Assembly: GCA_030390025.1 (NCBI GenBank)
Contig: CM059433.1
Location: forward strand, 26,662,001-26,726,000
Direction: 5' to 3'
Length of the DNA stretch: 64,000 nt
Source of the DNA: Squalus acanthias
Lineage: Eukaryota
Translations under genes and position numbers: made by a program
The notes under the pieces: generated by a model
The model's database searches: none
What the model was told of the DNA's origin: nothing
What the model saw: only the letters and a program-made list of their open reading frames with translations
Shown: positions 13,040-23,177 of the stretch, piece after piece
How the letters are laid out: the number at the start of each line of letters is the position of its first letter
How positions within the stretch are numbered: the stretch's first letter is position 1

Positions 13040-13690
13040 CCAGGCTCCGATCTCCCCACCACCCCCCCCCCCATGGCCTCCGCTCTCTCCTGCAACACCG
13101 GCCTCCGATCTCTCCCCTCCGACACCAGCCTCCTATCTCCCCCCACCCAAAACCAGCCTCCAATCTCCCACCCCCGACATGGCCTCCGCTCTCTCCTGCA
13201 ACACCGGCCTCCGATCTCCCCCTCCGACACCAGCCTCCTATCTCCCCCCACCCAAAACCAGCCTCCAATCTCCCACCCCCGACATGGCCTCCGCTCTCTC
13301 CTGCAACACCGGCCTCCGATCTCCCCCCTCCGACACCAGCCTCCTTTCTCCCCCCACCCAAAACCAGCATCCAATCTCCCACCCCCGACATGGTCTCCGC
13401 TCTCTCCTGTAACACCGGCCTCTGATCTCCCCCCTCCGATATGGCCTCCGCTCTCTCCTGTAACACCGGCCTCTGATCTCCCCCCTCCGACATGGCCTCC
13501 TATCTCCCCGCCCTCCCGACACCAGCCTCCTATCTCCCCCTACCCAAAACCAGCCTCCTATCTCCCCCCACCCAAAACCAGCCTCCAATCTCCCACCCCC
13601 GACACTGGCCTCTGATCTCCCCACCTCCGATCTCTCCCGACGCCGGCCTCCTATCTACACCCACTACAGCCTCTGATCTCTGCCCACCCC
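13040..13690 (+). repeat. C-rich minisatellite, about 106-bp higher-order unit
   Basis: ATGG(C/T)CTCCGCTCTCTCC recurs at 13073, 13179, 13284 and 13390, built from shorter CCTCC(G/T)ATCTCCCC subunits. Confidence 0.9.
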
Positions 13691-14659
13691 ACGCCCCCGG
13701 GCCTTTCCAATCCCTTCCTCCTCTCCGCTCCCCAGGTGCAGCCTGGTGCCGAAGGCCTACCCGCCCAACAGCTAGCCAGCCGGGAAACAGAGACAAAAAG
13801 TGCTAATCAGGTCCTGCCGTTAAATGTGGCAGGACCTGAACGTAAAACTGCTTCCCCCACTCCCTCCCCGCCTCCCCATTAATATCGGGACCAACTGTTT
13901 CTGTGCTTTTTCTTAACAAAATCGTAAACTGTCTCTGTATAGTTACATTCAAAATCTCACTACATCAGCAAACAGAGGAAGTCTTCCCGAATGCATTTAC
14001 AATTCTGCTACAAATAGTGAACAGAGGTAACTTTCCCTCTGCCTTCTTTTCTTGTACTTAATGCATACAGACCTCACTACATGGGTCTGCTGCAAATTAG
14101 TCCTTGGCTTAGTGAGGTATCCCCTTTGAGGCCCAGTCAGAGTTGGAACTGCTTGTCTCAAGTGGATGTAAACAGTAAACAAATTAAAATGAAAAGTAAA
14201 GGTCGCAATGTTGCTTCCGTTAATGGTCACGGCAATATTACAGTAGCACACACAAATAACACCAAACTATACTTTCTGGGGAATTCAGTTTGTAAAGAGC
14301 TGCATGTTTATTTTTGAAATATAAATAAAAGGTATCTTCACGAATGAGAGTACAGTTTTATACTGAAAAAACACGCTAAACTAGGGAATCAGTTTCTTAA
14401 ACCATTTGGTTTCCACCTCCCTCTGACTGGAGTCTAGTTCAGTTAAATCAACAGCCAGAATGCTCAACATACTGGAGCCAATTTTGGACACAGCCCAGCA
14501 CTCCAGTGATGTTTGCATGTGCATGACATGACCTGGCCTGTATTTATGGGTCCAGCACATTGGCAAAGAGTGGCAGAGCACCAGGTGTGGTTACTGTGGT
14601 TGCTTCCCTGGTAGAGGGCTGAAAAAACTGAAAGGTCCGCAGCAGCTTGCAGACACAAT

Positions 14660-17311
14660 GGGGGGCATTTTAACCCTCCCAGGACAGGCAGGAGAGGGGC
14701 GGAGGAGGGTTAAATTCTACAAAATGAGAAACCCGACCCCAACCCATCGTGAACACACCTACCTCCAGTTTAGTCGGGGCGAGCGAGTAACATGATCTCG
14801 AGAGGCGGCTCAGGAATTATAATATGTTAATGAGGCTGCGTGTCACAGATTTTAGCAGATATTTGGACTTAATGGCTGCGGGCCAAGTATTCCAGGGCTC
14901 AGGAAATCCAGTAATTAAAGGGAGGCGAGAACTGTCGGATCCAGCAGGTAAGTGGCTTTCCAGCACTGCTTATGGGCCAGGAGGAGCAGGAGTGTGTGTT
15001 CTGTCCCCGCCTCTCCACCAGCCCCCGAGCTAACCTGCTGCGATCTGCTTCTCTCCCCGCAATCAGCCGAACCCTGTCCTCGCCACCCATGTCGTCGCCC
15101 CCATGATCTCTTACCCCTCGCGATCTCTTCCCCTGTAATCTCTTCCCCTGTAATCTCTTCCCCCACGATCTCTTCCCCCACGATCTCTTCCCTTCGCGAT
15201 CTCTTCCCCTGTAATCTCTTCCCCTGTAATCTCATCCCCCCACGATCTCTTCCCCTGTAATCACTTCCCCCCGCGATCTCTTCCCCTGCGATCTCTTCCC
15301 CCGCGATCTCTTCCCCCCGCGATCTCTTCCCCCCGCGATCTCTTCCCCAGCGATCTCTTCCCCCCGCGATCTCTTCCCCACGCGATCTCTTCCCCCTGGA
15401 TCTCTTCCCCCGTGATCTCTTCCCCGCGATCTCTTCCCTCGCGATCTCTTCCCCCGCAATCTCTTCTCCCGCGATCTCTTCCCCGCGATCTCTTCCCCAC
15501 GATCTCTTCCCCCGCGATCTCTTCCCCGCGATCGCTTCCCCCGCGATCTCTTCCCCGCGATCTCTTCCCCCGCGATCTCTTCCCCCTGCGATCGCTTCCC
15601 CCGCGATCTCTTCCCCGCGATCTCTTCCCCCCGCGATCTCTTCCCCGCGATCTCTTCCCCTGCGATCTCTTCCCCCTGCGATCTCTTCCCCCGCGATCTC
15701 TTCCCCCGCGATCTCTTCCCCCGCGATCTCTTCCCCCGCGATCTCTTCCCCGCGATCTCTTCCCCCCGCGATCTCTTCCCCGCGATCTCTTCCCCCGCGA
15801 TCTCTTCCCCCGCGATCTCTTCCCCCGCGATCTCTTCCCCCGCGATCTCTTCCCCGCGATCTCTTCCCCCCGCGATCTCTTCCCCGCGATCTCTTCCCCC
15901 GCGATCTCTTCCCCCCGCGATCTCTTCCCCCCGCGATCTCTTCCCCCGTGATCTATTCCCCCCGCGATCTCTTCCCCCGCGATCTCTTCCCCGCGATCTC
16001 TTCCGCCGCGATCTCTTCCCCCGCGATCTCTTCCCCGCGATCTCTTCCCCCTGTGATCTCTCTCCCCGCGATCTCTTCCCCCTGTGATCTCTTCCCCCCG
16101 CGATCTCTTCCCCCCGCGATCTTGTCCCCTGCGATCTCTTCCCCATCGTGATCTCTTCCCACTGCGATCACTTCCCCCCGCGATCTATTCCCCCCGCGAT
16201 CTCTTCCCCCGCGATCTCTTCCCCGCGATCTCTTCCGCCGCGATCTCTTCCCCCGCGATCTCTTCCCCCTGTGATCTCTCTCCCCGCGATCTCTTCCCCG
16301 CGATCTCTTCCGCCGCGATCTCTTCCCCCGCGATCTCTTCCCCCCGCGATCTCTTCCCCGCGATCTCTTCCCCCTGTGATCCCTCTCCCCGCGATCTCTT
16401 CCCCCTGTGATCTCTTCCCCCCGCGATCTCTTCCCCCCGCGATCTTGTCCCCTGCGATCTCTTCCCCATCGTGATCTCTTCCCCCTGCGATCTCTTCCCC
16501 CCGCGATCTATTCCCCCCGCGATCTATTCCCCATCGCGATCTCTTCCCCCCGCGATCTCTTCCCCGTGATCTCTTCCCCCGCGATCTCTTCCCCCCGCGA
16601 TCTCTTTCCCACGATCTATTCCCCCGCGATTTCTTCCCCCGCGATCTATTCCCCCGCGATCTATTCCTCCGCGATCTCTTCCCCCTGCGATCTCTTCCCC
16701 CCGCGATCTATTCCCCCGCGATCTCTTCCCCCTGCGATTTCTTCCCCCCGCGATCTATTCCCCCGCGATCTCTTCCCCCTGCGATTTCTTCCCCCCGCGA
16801 TCTATTCCCCCGCGATCTCTTCCCCCTGCGATCTATTCCCCCGCGATCTATTCCCCCGCGATCTCTTCCCCTGCGATTTCTTCCCCCCGCGATCTATTCC
16901 CCCGCGATCTCTTCCCCCCGCGATCTCTTCCCTCTGCGATTTCTTCCCCCCGCAATCTCTTCCCCTGCGATCTCTTCCCCTGCGATCTCTTCCCCTGCGA
17001 TCTCTTCCCCTGCGATCTCTTCCTCTGCGATCTCTTCCCCCGCGATCTCTTCCCCTGCGATCTCTTCCCCTGTGACCTCTTCCCCCTGGATCTCTTCCCC
17101 CCGCGATCTCTTCCCCTGCAATCTCTTCCCCTCGCGATCTCTTCCCCCCGTGATCTCTTCTCGTGGCCGGGCGGGAAACTGGTTACAAAAATTCTAATGA
17201 GGTCCTGTAGTTAGATTTGGCGGGGCCTCCGCCTTTCCGGTATTTTCGGGTTTCCTGGCGGCTGACTCTCGCCCCCAGCTCCCTCTCCATCACCCCATAA
17301 ATAGTTGGGCC
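14660..17311. mobile_element. Non-autonomous TIR element carrying a 2-kb satellite
   Basis: AAT at 14657-14659 and 17312-17314. Arms are related to the element at 11326-13893. Confidence 0.65.
15100..17160 (+). repeat. 13-16 bp tandem array (GCGATCTCTTCCCC[C])n, about 2.06 kb
   Basis: Directly visible, with variable C-run length. The overlapping RSLPP/EEIAG ORFs are by-products of the repeat. Confidence 0.98.
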
Positions 17312-18729
17312 AATGCTGCAGTTCTTGTTGGGAATTTACATTTGAATTTTGAAGGAGAGAATCATATCCGACATTAGCCCCAGTACTTTCTGTTTCCTTC
17401 AGATAGATTTTAACTTTTCGGAGGCCAAACAGCAGACCACAGCGGCTGTTTCTAGGAGTAAAGATCCTGGAGCCGTTGTGAGGCCCGGGCCTCATTTAAA
17501 TAGAACTGGCGAGGTCCAGGTGCCAAATGGGTATCCCGATGCTGCTCACCGATTTGAGGCCTATGGAATTCCGATCGGTTCCAATGCTAAGCCAGCCCGC
17601 AGTTTGATCCTGGGAAGTGGGGGGGAGGCAAAGCAGAGGGGGGGCAAGCCCGAGCCAGCAGCGGCCACAGTATTTTTGTGAAGCCAGGAGGAGCACCCCT
17701 GATCCTACTGACGCCACAAAAATATAACTTGTAACAGGCGTTGCAGGCATCTTTAGAGTGGCCAACAGTGGTCTGTTACTGCTTAGGCCACTCAATGCCA
17801 GGACATATGATCATAGCATGCCCCTGTCCACTTTCCACCTATGTGTTCCTTAAAATTGCGATTAGTACCCTAACTATATTTTAGGATCTCAATTTGCTTA
17901 ATAAAGAGGCCTACTGACAGAAAAAGGTAGGTGCTCCAGCCACACATGGGAAAGCCAAAATGGTGATTGTCCTGAATTCTATTCCCACTGCTGTTCTATC
18001 TCTTTGTTTGTCAATATATTTTTTCAGTTTACCTTCCCAATTCCATCCTCATCCCCTCATAATTAGCTTTTTTCCAATCTATTACTTTGTTCTTTGTCTT
18101 ACTTATGTCTCTCTCAATCATTATCTTAAAGCTTATTATGTTGTGATTGCTATTGCCTAGATGTTCCCATAAGCTTGCTTCACTTATCTGCTCTGCTTCA
18201 CTTCCCGTTACTAGATCCAGCAGCGATTCCTCTCTTGTGGGGCTTCTTAGGTACTGGGTAAGAAAGGAGTCCTGTACACACTGTAAAAACAACATTCCCT
18301 TTTCCCCTTTCCCTACCTCTTCTTGCCAATTTATTTGGGCGTAGTTGAAGTCTCCCATGATTATTATTCTATGGGGTAGAAATTAGGTCGCGCCCCATTT
18401 GGGGCGCAAATATCGTCCGCGCGCAAATATTAGCGCCTGGCGCTAATTATCGGCACTGACAGGAAACTTCACTTTTACCGCCCCGGGAGGTGAGTGGAGC
18501 GCTAAATTAGGCGCTGCACACCTCTCTTAAGGCGCAAAGGCCTAGGAGTGAGGCGCTAACTCAGCGCACGAGCGCAGCGCAGCTGCTGCCAGTTAGCGCG
18601 GTAACACAGACACACTGGCGCCGGACACTTCTTAAAGCGGGGGGGGCCACTTGCTCCCCAGCCACACCCTGCTCATTGCAGCCTTGAATCTCAGCCTGGA
18701 GAGACCTGTAATCCATTTTGCTGCCAAGA

Positions 18730-18966
18730 ATGGAGAGGGTGAGAGAACGCGCTCATCGCTTCACCGAGCGGGCCTTGGATGCTCTGGTTGACGCAGTGGA
18801 GCGCAGACGATGCATGCTGTTCCCAGAGAGTGGCAGGAGGCCTTTGCCACGCGAGTTCAGAAGAGTGTGGAGGGAGGTGGCTCAGAGCGTCTCCTCCAGG
18901 AGCATGGTGCCCAGGACCCATGTCCAGTGCCGCAAAAAGTTCAACGACCTCACTCGGGTCATCAGG
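18730..18966 (+). CDS. Harbinger Myb/SANT-like DNA-binding protein, exon 1
   Basis: MERVRERAHRFTERALDALVDAVERRRCMLFP...RRVWREVAQSVSSRSMVPRTHVQCRKKFNDLTRVIR, a Myb/SANT trihelix pattern. Donor AGG|gtgagt, phase 0. Confidence 0.88.
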
Positions 18967-19107
18967 GTGAGTGGCTTTTTCTCAATACCTCTCCATCCCT
19001 CCATCTCAACCTCACTCTATGGCCAGAGGGTCTTAAAACCCCAATGCACAACACTCATCCAACACCTATGGCCCTTTCATCAAACACACACACACATTCC
19101 ACACTTT

Positions 19108-19330
19108 GCATACAGTAAGGGCTATTCACCTATGGGAGGCACATCAGGCAAGACCATGGCTGCATATTGTAAGGGCTATTCACCTATGGGAGGCACATCA
19201 GGCAAGACCATGGCTGCATATTGTAAGGGCTATTCACCTATGGGAGGCACATCAGGCAAGACCATGGCTGCATATTGTAAGGGCTATTCACCTATGGGAG
19301 GCACATCAGGCAAGACCATGGCTGTATATT
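19108..19330 (+). repeat. 54-bp tandem repeat, about 4 copies, in intron 1 of the Myb gene
   Basis: GTAAGGGCTATTCACCTATGGGAGGCACATCAGGCAAGACCATGGCTG... starts at 19115, 19169, 19223 and 19277. Confidence 0.95.
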
Positions 19331-19358
19331 GACTCAGATGCTGTCCTTTTTCTTGCAG

Positions 19359-19521
19359 GCTAAGCTGGCTCATAATCGGAGACAGCAGCAACGGACGGGT
19401 GGAGGGCGGCTTCAGCTGCAACCCCTCAGCGATCTGGAGGAGCGCGTCCACAGGATTGTGGCAAGCCGGGTGATCGGTCCCGTCGCCACTGGAGACGCCG
19501 ACCCCGTTGTGGACAGCAATG
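19359..19521 (+). CDS. Harbinger Myb/SANT-like protein, exon 2
   Basis: Acceptor tttttcttgcag|. Reads AKLAHNRRQQQRTGGGRLQLQPLSDLEERVHRIV..., including the TGGG motif typical of this family. Donor AATG|gtaagg, phase 1. Confidence 0.85.
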
Positions 19522-19680
19522 GTAAGGTCATCACCTTTTTGTCCTCTGTCCTTCCACTTGTCCCTCACAATACCAGCCTTTGACACTTTCAATCCAACTT
19601 GCTAACTCGCTGCACTTATTCCTCCCTTACTGCCACCCTGTCCTCACGCTAAAGCCACTCTTGTACCTCCCTGCTTTCAG

Positions 19681-20747
19681 ATGGTGATTCACCAGCTGAG
19701 GAGATGGTCCCTGAAGCTGCCACTGGGAGTGATGCTGCAGCTGAGGAGGAAGAGGAAGCCGGAGCATCAGTGCCACCCTCTCCCGAGGAAGCCCATGGCC
19801 ACACTGGGAACACGCCTTCCCCGGAGGGGAGCAGGGGGGAAGGGGCTGATGATGGTGAAGTTCCAGGACCCAGCGGGCTGCAGCAACGCCATGGGGGGGG
19901 GAGGGAAGAACGGGGGAGCAGGGGGGAAGGGGCTGATGATGGTGAAGTTCCAGGACCCAGCGGGCTGCAGCAACGCCATGGGGGGGGGAGGGAAGAACGG
20001 GAGCCTTCTCCCCAGAGGGAGAGTATGCCAGACACTCCTAATGCAATGGACGCAGAGGAGGAGCGGATGATTGCAGAAATGAACAGCCAGGCGGTGGTCA
20101 TGCACACTGAGCTCATGGGTGCAGTGGGAAGGGTGCCCGAATGCATTGAGGCACTGGCAAGGAGTGTGGAGCACTTCGCTGTAGCACAGGCGGATGCCAC
20201 ACTAAAGCTTACTGCTGCAATTCAGTCACTGGCTGCCAGGAACCCATCTGAGCCTGCTCTCATGCAGACTCAGATTGAGGCCACGCGAGCACTGACTGCT
20301 GCCATCCTCGATGGTTCGTGCACATGTCCCCGGGGCTGTCACCGCGCCGCAGCAGGCCAGCAATCTGTTCTCAGGCAAATTGCTCCGGATGCTGAAGTGC
20401 TGCCCCGTGGGAGTGCCAGTGTGTCGGGCGAGCAGGGAGTTGCTGTCCTCTCTCACGATGACAGCATTCCTGCTGCCAACACTGTCACTTCTCCACTGCA
20501 CTTGCCACCGCCTGTAGGACAGACTGCTGCCGCCCATGCAGAGTTGGTGCAGTCTGCAGCCGGGCCCTCCAGGCCCAGAAGTGGTCGAGGCCGGCCTTCA
20601 GGGGCATCTGCAGTGTCAGGGTCTGACAAGCAGCAGCCTTCCACCAGCCTTGCTGCAGCCACTGAGGTCCCATTACGGAGGAGCAGTAGGGTTAGAAGGG
20701 GGAAAGTGCGCAAGGGAAGGAGATCACCCTCGAAGGGCAAAAAGTAG
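19681..20747 (+). CDS. Harbinger Myb/SANT-like protein, exon 3 (acidic/low-complexity, helical segment, basic C-terminus)
   Basis: Acceptor ctgctttcag|. G+AT = Asp places it in frame with ORF 19704..20747. Spliced product is about 488 aa. Basic NLS-like end RRSSRVRRGKVRKGRR. AATAAA at 20925-20930. Confidence 0.8.
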
Positions 20748-21041
20748 GAGGTGTGCCAAAATGCTGGTCATTTTTTTATTAAAGGCCGAGGTTCATGGCC
20801 CAACTTTTGTTTAGTGTTTTGGACATTATCTCCAGGTTGTGAGAACCAGTTATGTTATTGACTGTTTTTTTGTGTTTATTTCTATGAGTTTGTCATGAGG
20901 AATTGACACACACAGAGTTTGTACAATAAATAAGTTTCTGTATTCAAAATATACATGGCTGGTGGTTGGAATTATTGGTGCCTTGGCCGGCTTAGGGGTT
21001 GCGTGCTGGGTTGATTCGTGTTTGTAGCACTGGCAGGGGCC

Positions 21042-22202
21042 CTAGAAGCGGCTTGCTATTAGTCGTTGACGGACGGCCCTTGCAGTTTGACCATTGTGGG
21101 CCGCCCTCCTGCCTTGGTGCTGCTGCTGATCATCGTCCTCGGCCTGTTCCTCCTCTTCCTCCTCCTCCTCTTGTGGTGCTGCAAGGCCTGGTGGCATTGG
21201 CTGCGTCCTGAGGATTGCCATGTTGTGCAACATGCAGCACACCACTACGAATTTGGAAACTTGCTCAGGCGAGTACTGCAGGGCTCCTCCGGAATGGTCC
21301 AGACAGCGGAATCGTTGTTTGAGCACGCCGATTGTGCGCTCAATAATGTTCCTCGTTGCTTGTTGGCTTTCCTGGTACCGCAGCTCAGCAGGGGTGTTTG
21401 GCGCACGGAGCGGTGTCATCAGCCAGGTGCTCAATGCGTACCCCTTGTCCCCCAGAAGCCAACCGACTGGCTGATGCGGTGCCTCGAAAATTTCTGCCAC
21501 AGTACTCTGGCGCAGGATGAAAGCATCGTGGCAGCTGCCCGGATAGTGGGCATTGACAGCGAGAATCACCTGTCTGTGGTCACAGACCAACTGCACATTC
21601 AAGGAATGGAACCCCTTTCTGTTCCGGAACTCCTCTGCATTCTCTCGCGGAGCACGCAAAGCCACATGCGTGCAGTCAATGGCGCCCTGCACCATGGGGA
21701 AGCCCGCTACCCTCGCAAAGCCCATAGCACGGTCATGCTGCTTGTCTGGGGTCATAGGGAAGGAGATGAAGTCTCGTCTCCTTGTGAAGAGGGCATTGGT
21801 GACCTGCCGGATGCAGCGATGCACCGCAAACTGGGAGATATTGGCGAGGTCCCCAACAGCAGCTTGGAATGAGCCAGTGGCGTAGAAGTTCAAAGCCACT
21901 GTGACCTTCACTGCCACCGACAGAGACGTCCTGGACCTCAGCTGAGGCTGCAGATCTGGCTGCAGCAGGTGGCAGAGCTCAGTGACCACCTCCTTGCTGA
22001 ATCGCAGCCTTCGCAAACACAGCTCCTCGGACATGTGGATGTAGGAGAGCTGTTCACGATATACCCTGGGAGGGTAAGCTCTCCTGTACATGCGCCTGAT
22101 GGGCCTCCTCCGTCTGGCCATCATTGCCACTCTCTGTCTGCGTCTCACTCTGCTCCGATTGAGCTGGAGCAGGACGACGCCCCCAATCATTGCAGCCCCC
22201 AT
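21042..22202 (-). CDS. Harbinger (HARBI1-like) DDE transposase, 386 aa, uninterrupted
   Basis: ATG-to-stop ORF with motifs LNFYATGSF, GFPMVQGAIDCTHV (D), FRNRKGFHSLNVQLVCD, PGSCHDAFIL, WLLGDKGY (D), RNIIERTIGVLKQRFRCL (E), CCMLHN and an acidic tail. Confidence 0.95.
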   Translation of the reverse strand: MGAAMIGGVVLLQLNRSRVRRRQRVAMMARRRRPIRRMYRRAYPPRVYREQLSYIHMSEELCLRRLRFSKEVVTELCHLLQPDLQPQLRSRTSLSVAVKVTVALNFYATGSFQAAVGDLANISQFAVHRCIRQVTNALFTRRRDFISFPMTPDKQHDRAMGFARVAGFPMVQGAIDCTHVALRAPRENAEEFRNRKGFHSLNVQLVCDHRQVILAVNAHYPGSCHDAFILRQSTVAEIFEAPHQPVGWLLGDKGYALSTWLMTPLRAPNTPAELRYQESQQATRNIIERTIGVLKQRFRCLDHSGGALQYSPEQVSKFVVVCCMLHNMAILRTQPMPPGLAAPQEEEEEEEEQAEDDDQQQHQGRRAAHNGQTARAVRQRLIASRF

Positions 22203-23177
22203 CTTCTCTTTGCCAGAAAAGTAATGAGGTACAGCAACGAAAGTAGCAGCAAAGTTAGGATGAACTAGGCAAAACTACCTCACAAAGCGTTGAGTCAATG
22301 TAGAAGTCTCTCTCTCTCTCTCTCCGAATCTCTCTCTCTCTCTCAGAACGAGTGGTGCATAAATGTCGACCACAGAAAAAGACAGGAAGAGGCCCCCTTT
22401 AAATAGCGCCCCCCCCAGCCCCAGACCGATTGATAACGTTCCAGTCTTCCGGTCGTTGGAAGCGCCAGGCGGTAAGGCAGGGGGCGCCACTCAATTTCCG
22501 CTCCGGGGCGCCCCAAGGGCGTTGCACCACGGACTGACGTCACAATCTGCGCGCGCAGGTGGTCGCAGCGGTAAGTTTTAGCGCCGCCGCACAATCTCAA
22601 GTTAAGTTCTCGAGCGGCGCAAACAGCGCTGCGCCCGGGCGTTAGCGCCTTAACGCCCCATTAGCGCCCATTTAAGGCGCTAACGGGAGGCGCAACCAAC
22701 TGAATTTTTACCCCTATGTCTTTTACTCATTGCATAGATTGTCTTACATATTTCTTCCTCCACTTCCCTTCCACTATTAGGTGGTCTAAAGAATACTCGT
22801 ATTCACATGATCTCTCCCTTCTTATCCTTTATCTTAATCCATATGGACTCTATATGTATCTTAATGTTAGTTTTGTCCTTTTTTACTACTGCCATTATAT
22901 TTTCTCTAATTAGTATAGCTACCCCACCCTCCCTACTTTTCCCCCTATACTTTCAAAATACATTATATCCTGCTATATTTAACCGCCAGTCCTGTTCTTC
23001 ATGTAGCCATGTTTCAGTTATCCCTTCTACATCTGGCTCCTCTCCATGAATTATTGCCTCCACTTCCCCCATTTTGTTTTGGATGCTGTGCACATTGCTG
23101 TACAGGCAATTTAATCTGTTTTTATTAATAGTTCCTCTTGCTTTATTTTTAACAGTTATTTTATACATGGGTTCTGT

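Larger units (their letters stand above)
11326..13893. mobile_element. GC-rich non-autonomous TIR element(s) hosting the Penelope insertion and a minisatellite
   Basis: G-rich start GGGGGGGGGTTTAACGGG and end TTAATATCGGGACCA. Candidate ACT TSD. A second copy of the left end lies near 12400. Shares TTAATGAGGCTGCG motifs with 14660-17311. Confidence 0.6.
18373..22714. mobile_element. Apparently intact autonomous PIF/Harbinger DNA transposon (4342 bp)
   Basis: TIRs GGGGTAGAAATT / AATTTTTACCCC. TAT TSD at 18370-18372 and 22715-22717. GC-rich subterminal GCGCTAA/TTAGCGC repeats. Two convergent intact genes. Confidence 0.95.
17960..23177 (-). mobile_element. Old CR1 LINE endonuclease region split by the intact Harbinger; continues at 24311-24334 and 32701-32852
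   Basis: LNCLYSNVHSIQNKMGE...GITETWL (22953-23168) and MGDFNY...LDLV (18029-18358). The reading frame rejoins across the Harbinger site. Confidence 0.85.

Noticed and set aside
12897..13806. Overlapping Pro/Gly-rich ORFs
   Set aside because: By-products of the C-rich minisatellite.
14915..17121. Long ORFs rich in RSLPP / EEIAG / GKRSR
   Set aside because: Translations of a stop-poor 13-16 bp satellite in several frames, with no domain structure.
19108..19330. CRISPR-like regular repeat
   Set aside because: Units are contiguous and near-identical with no unique spacers; eukaryotic context and no cas genes.
18718..19332. 204-aa unspliced Myb ORF as the real product
   Set aside because: Homology ends at a strong GTGAGT donor (18967). 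The TGGG-motif continuation lies in a downstream exon, and the read-through part is tandem repeat.
21042..22202. Domesticated host gene HARBI1
   Set aside because: It lies between TIRs with a TSD inside a LINE and has decayed siblings nearby, so it is a transposon ORF.
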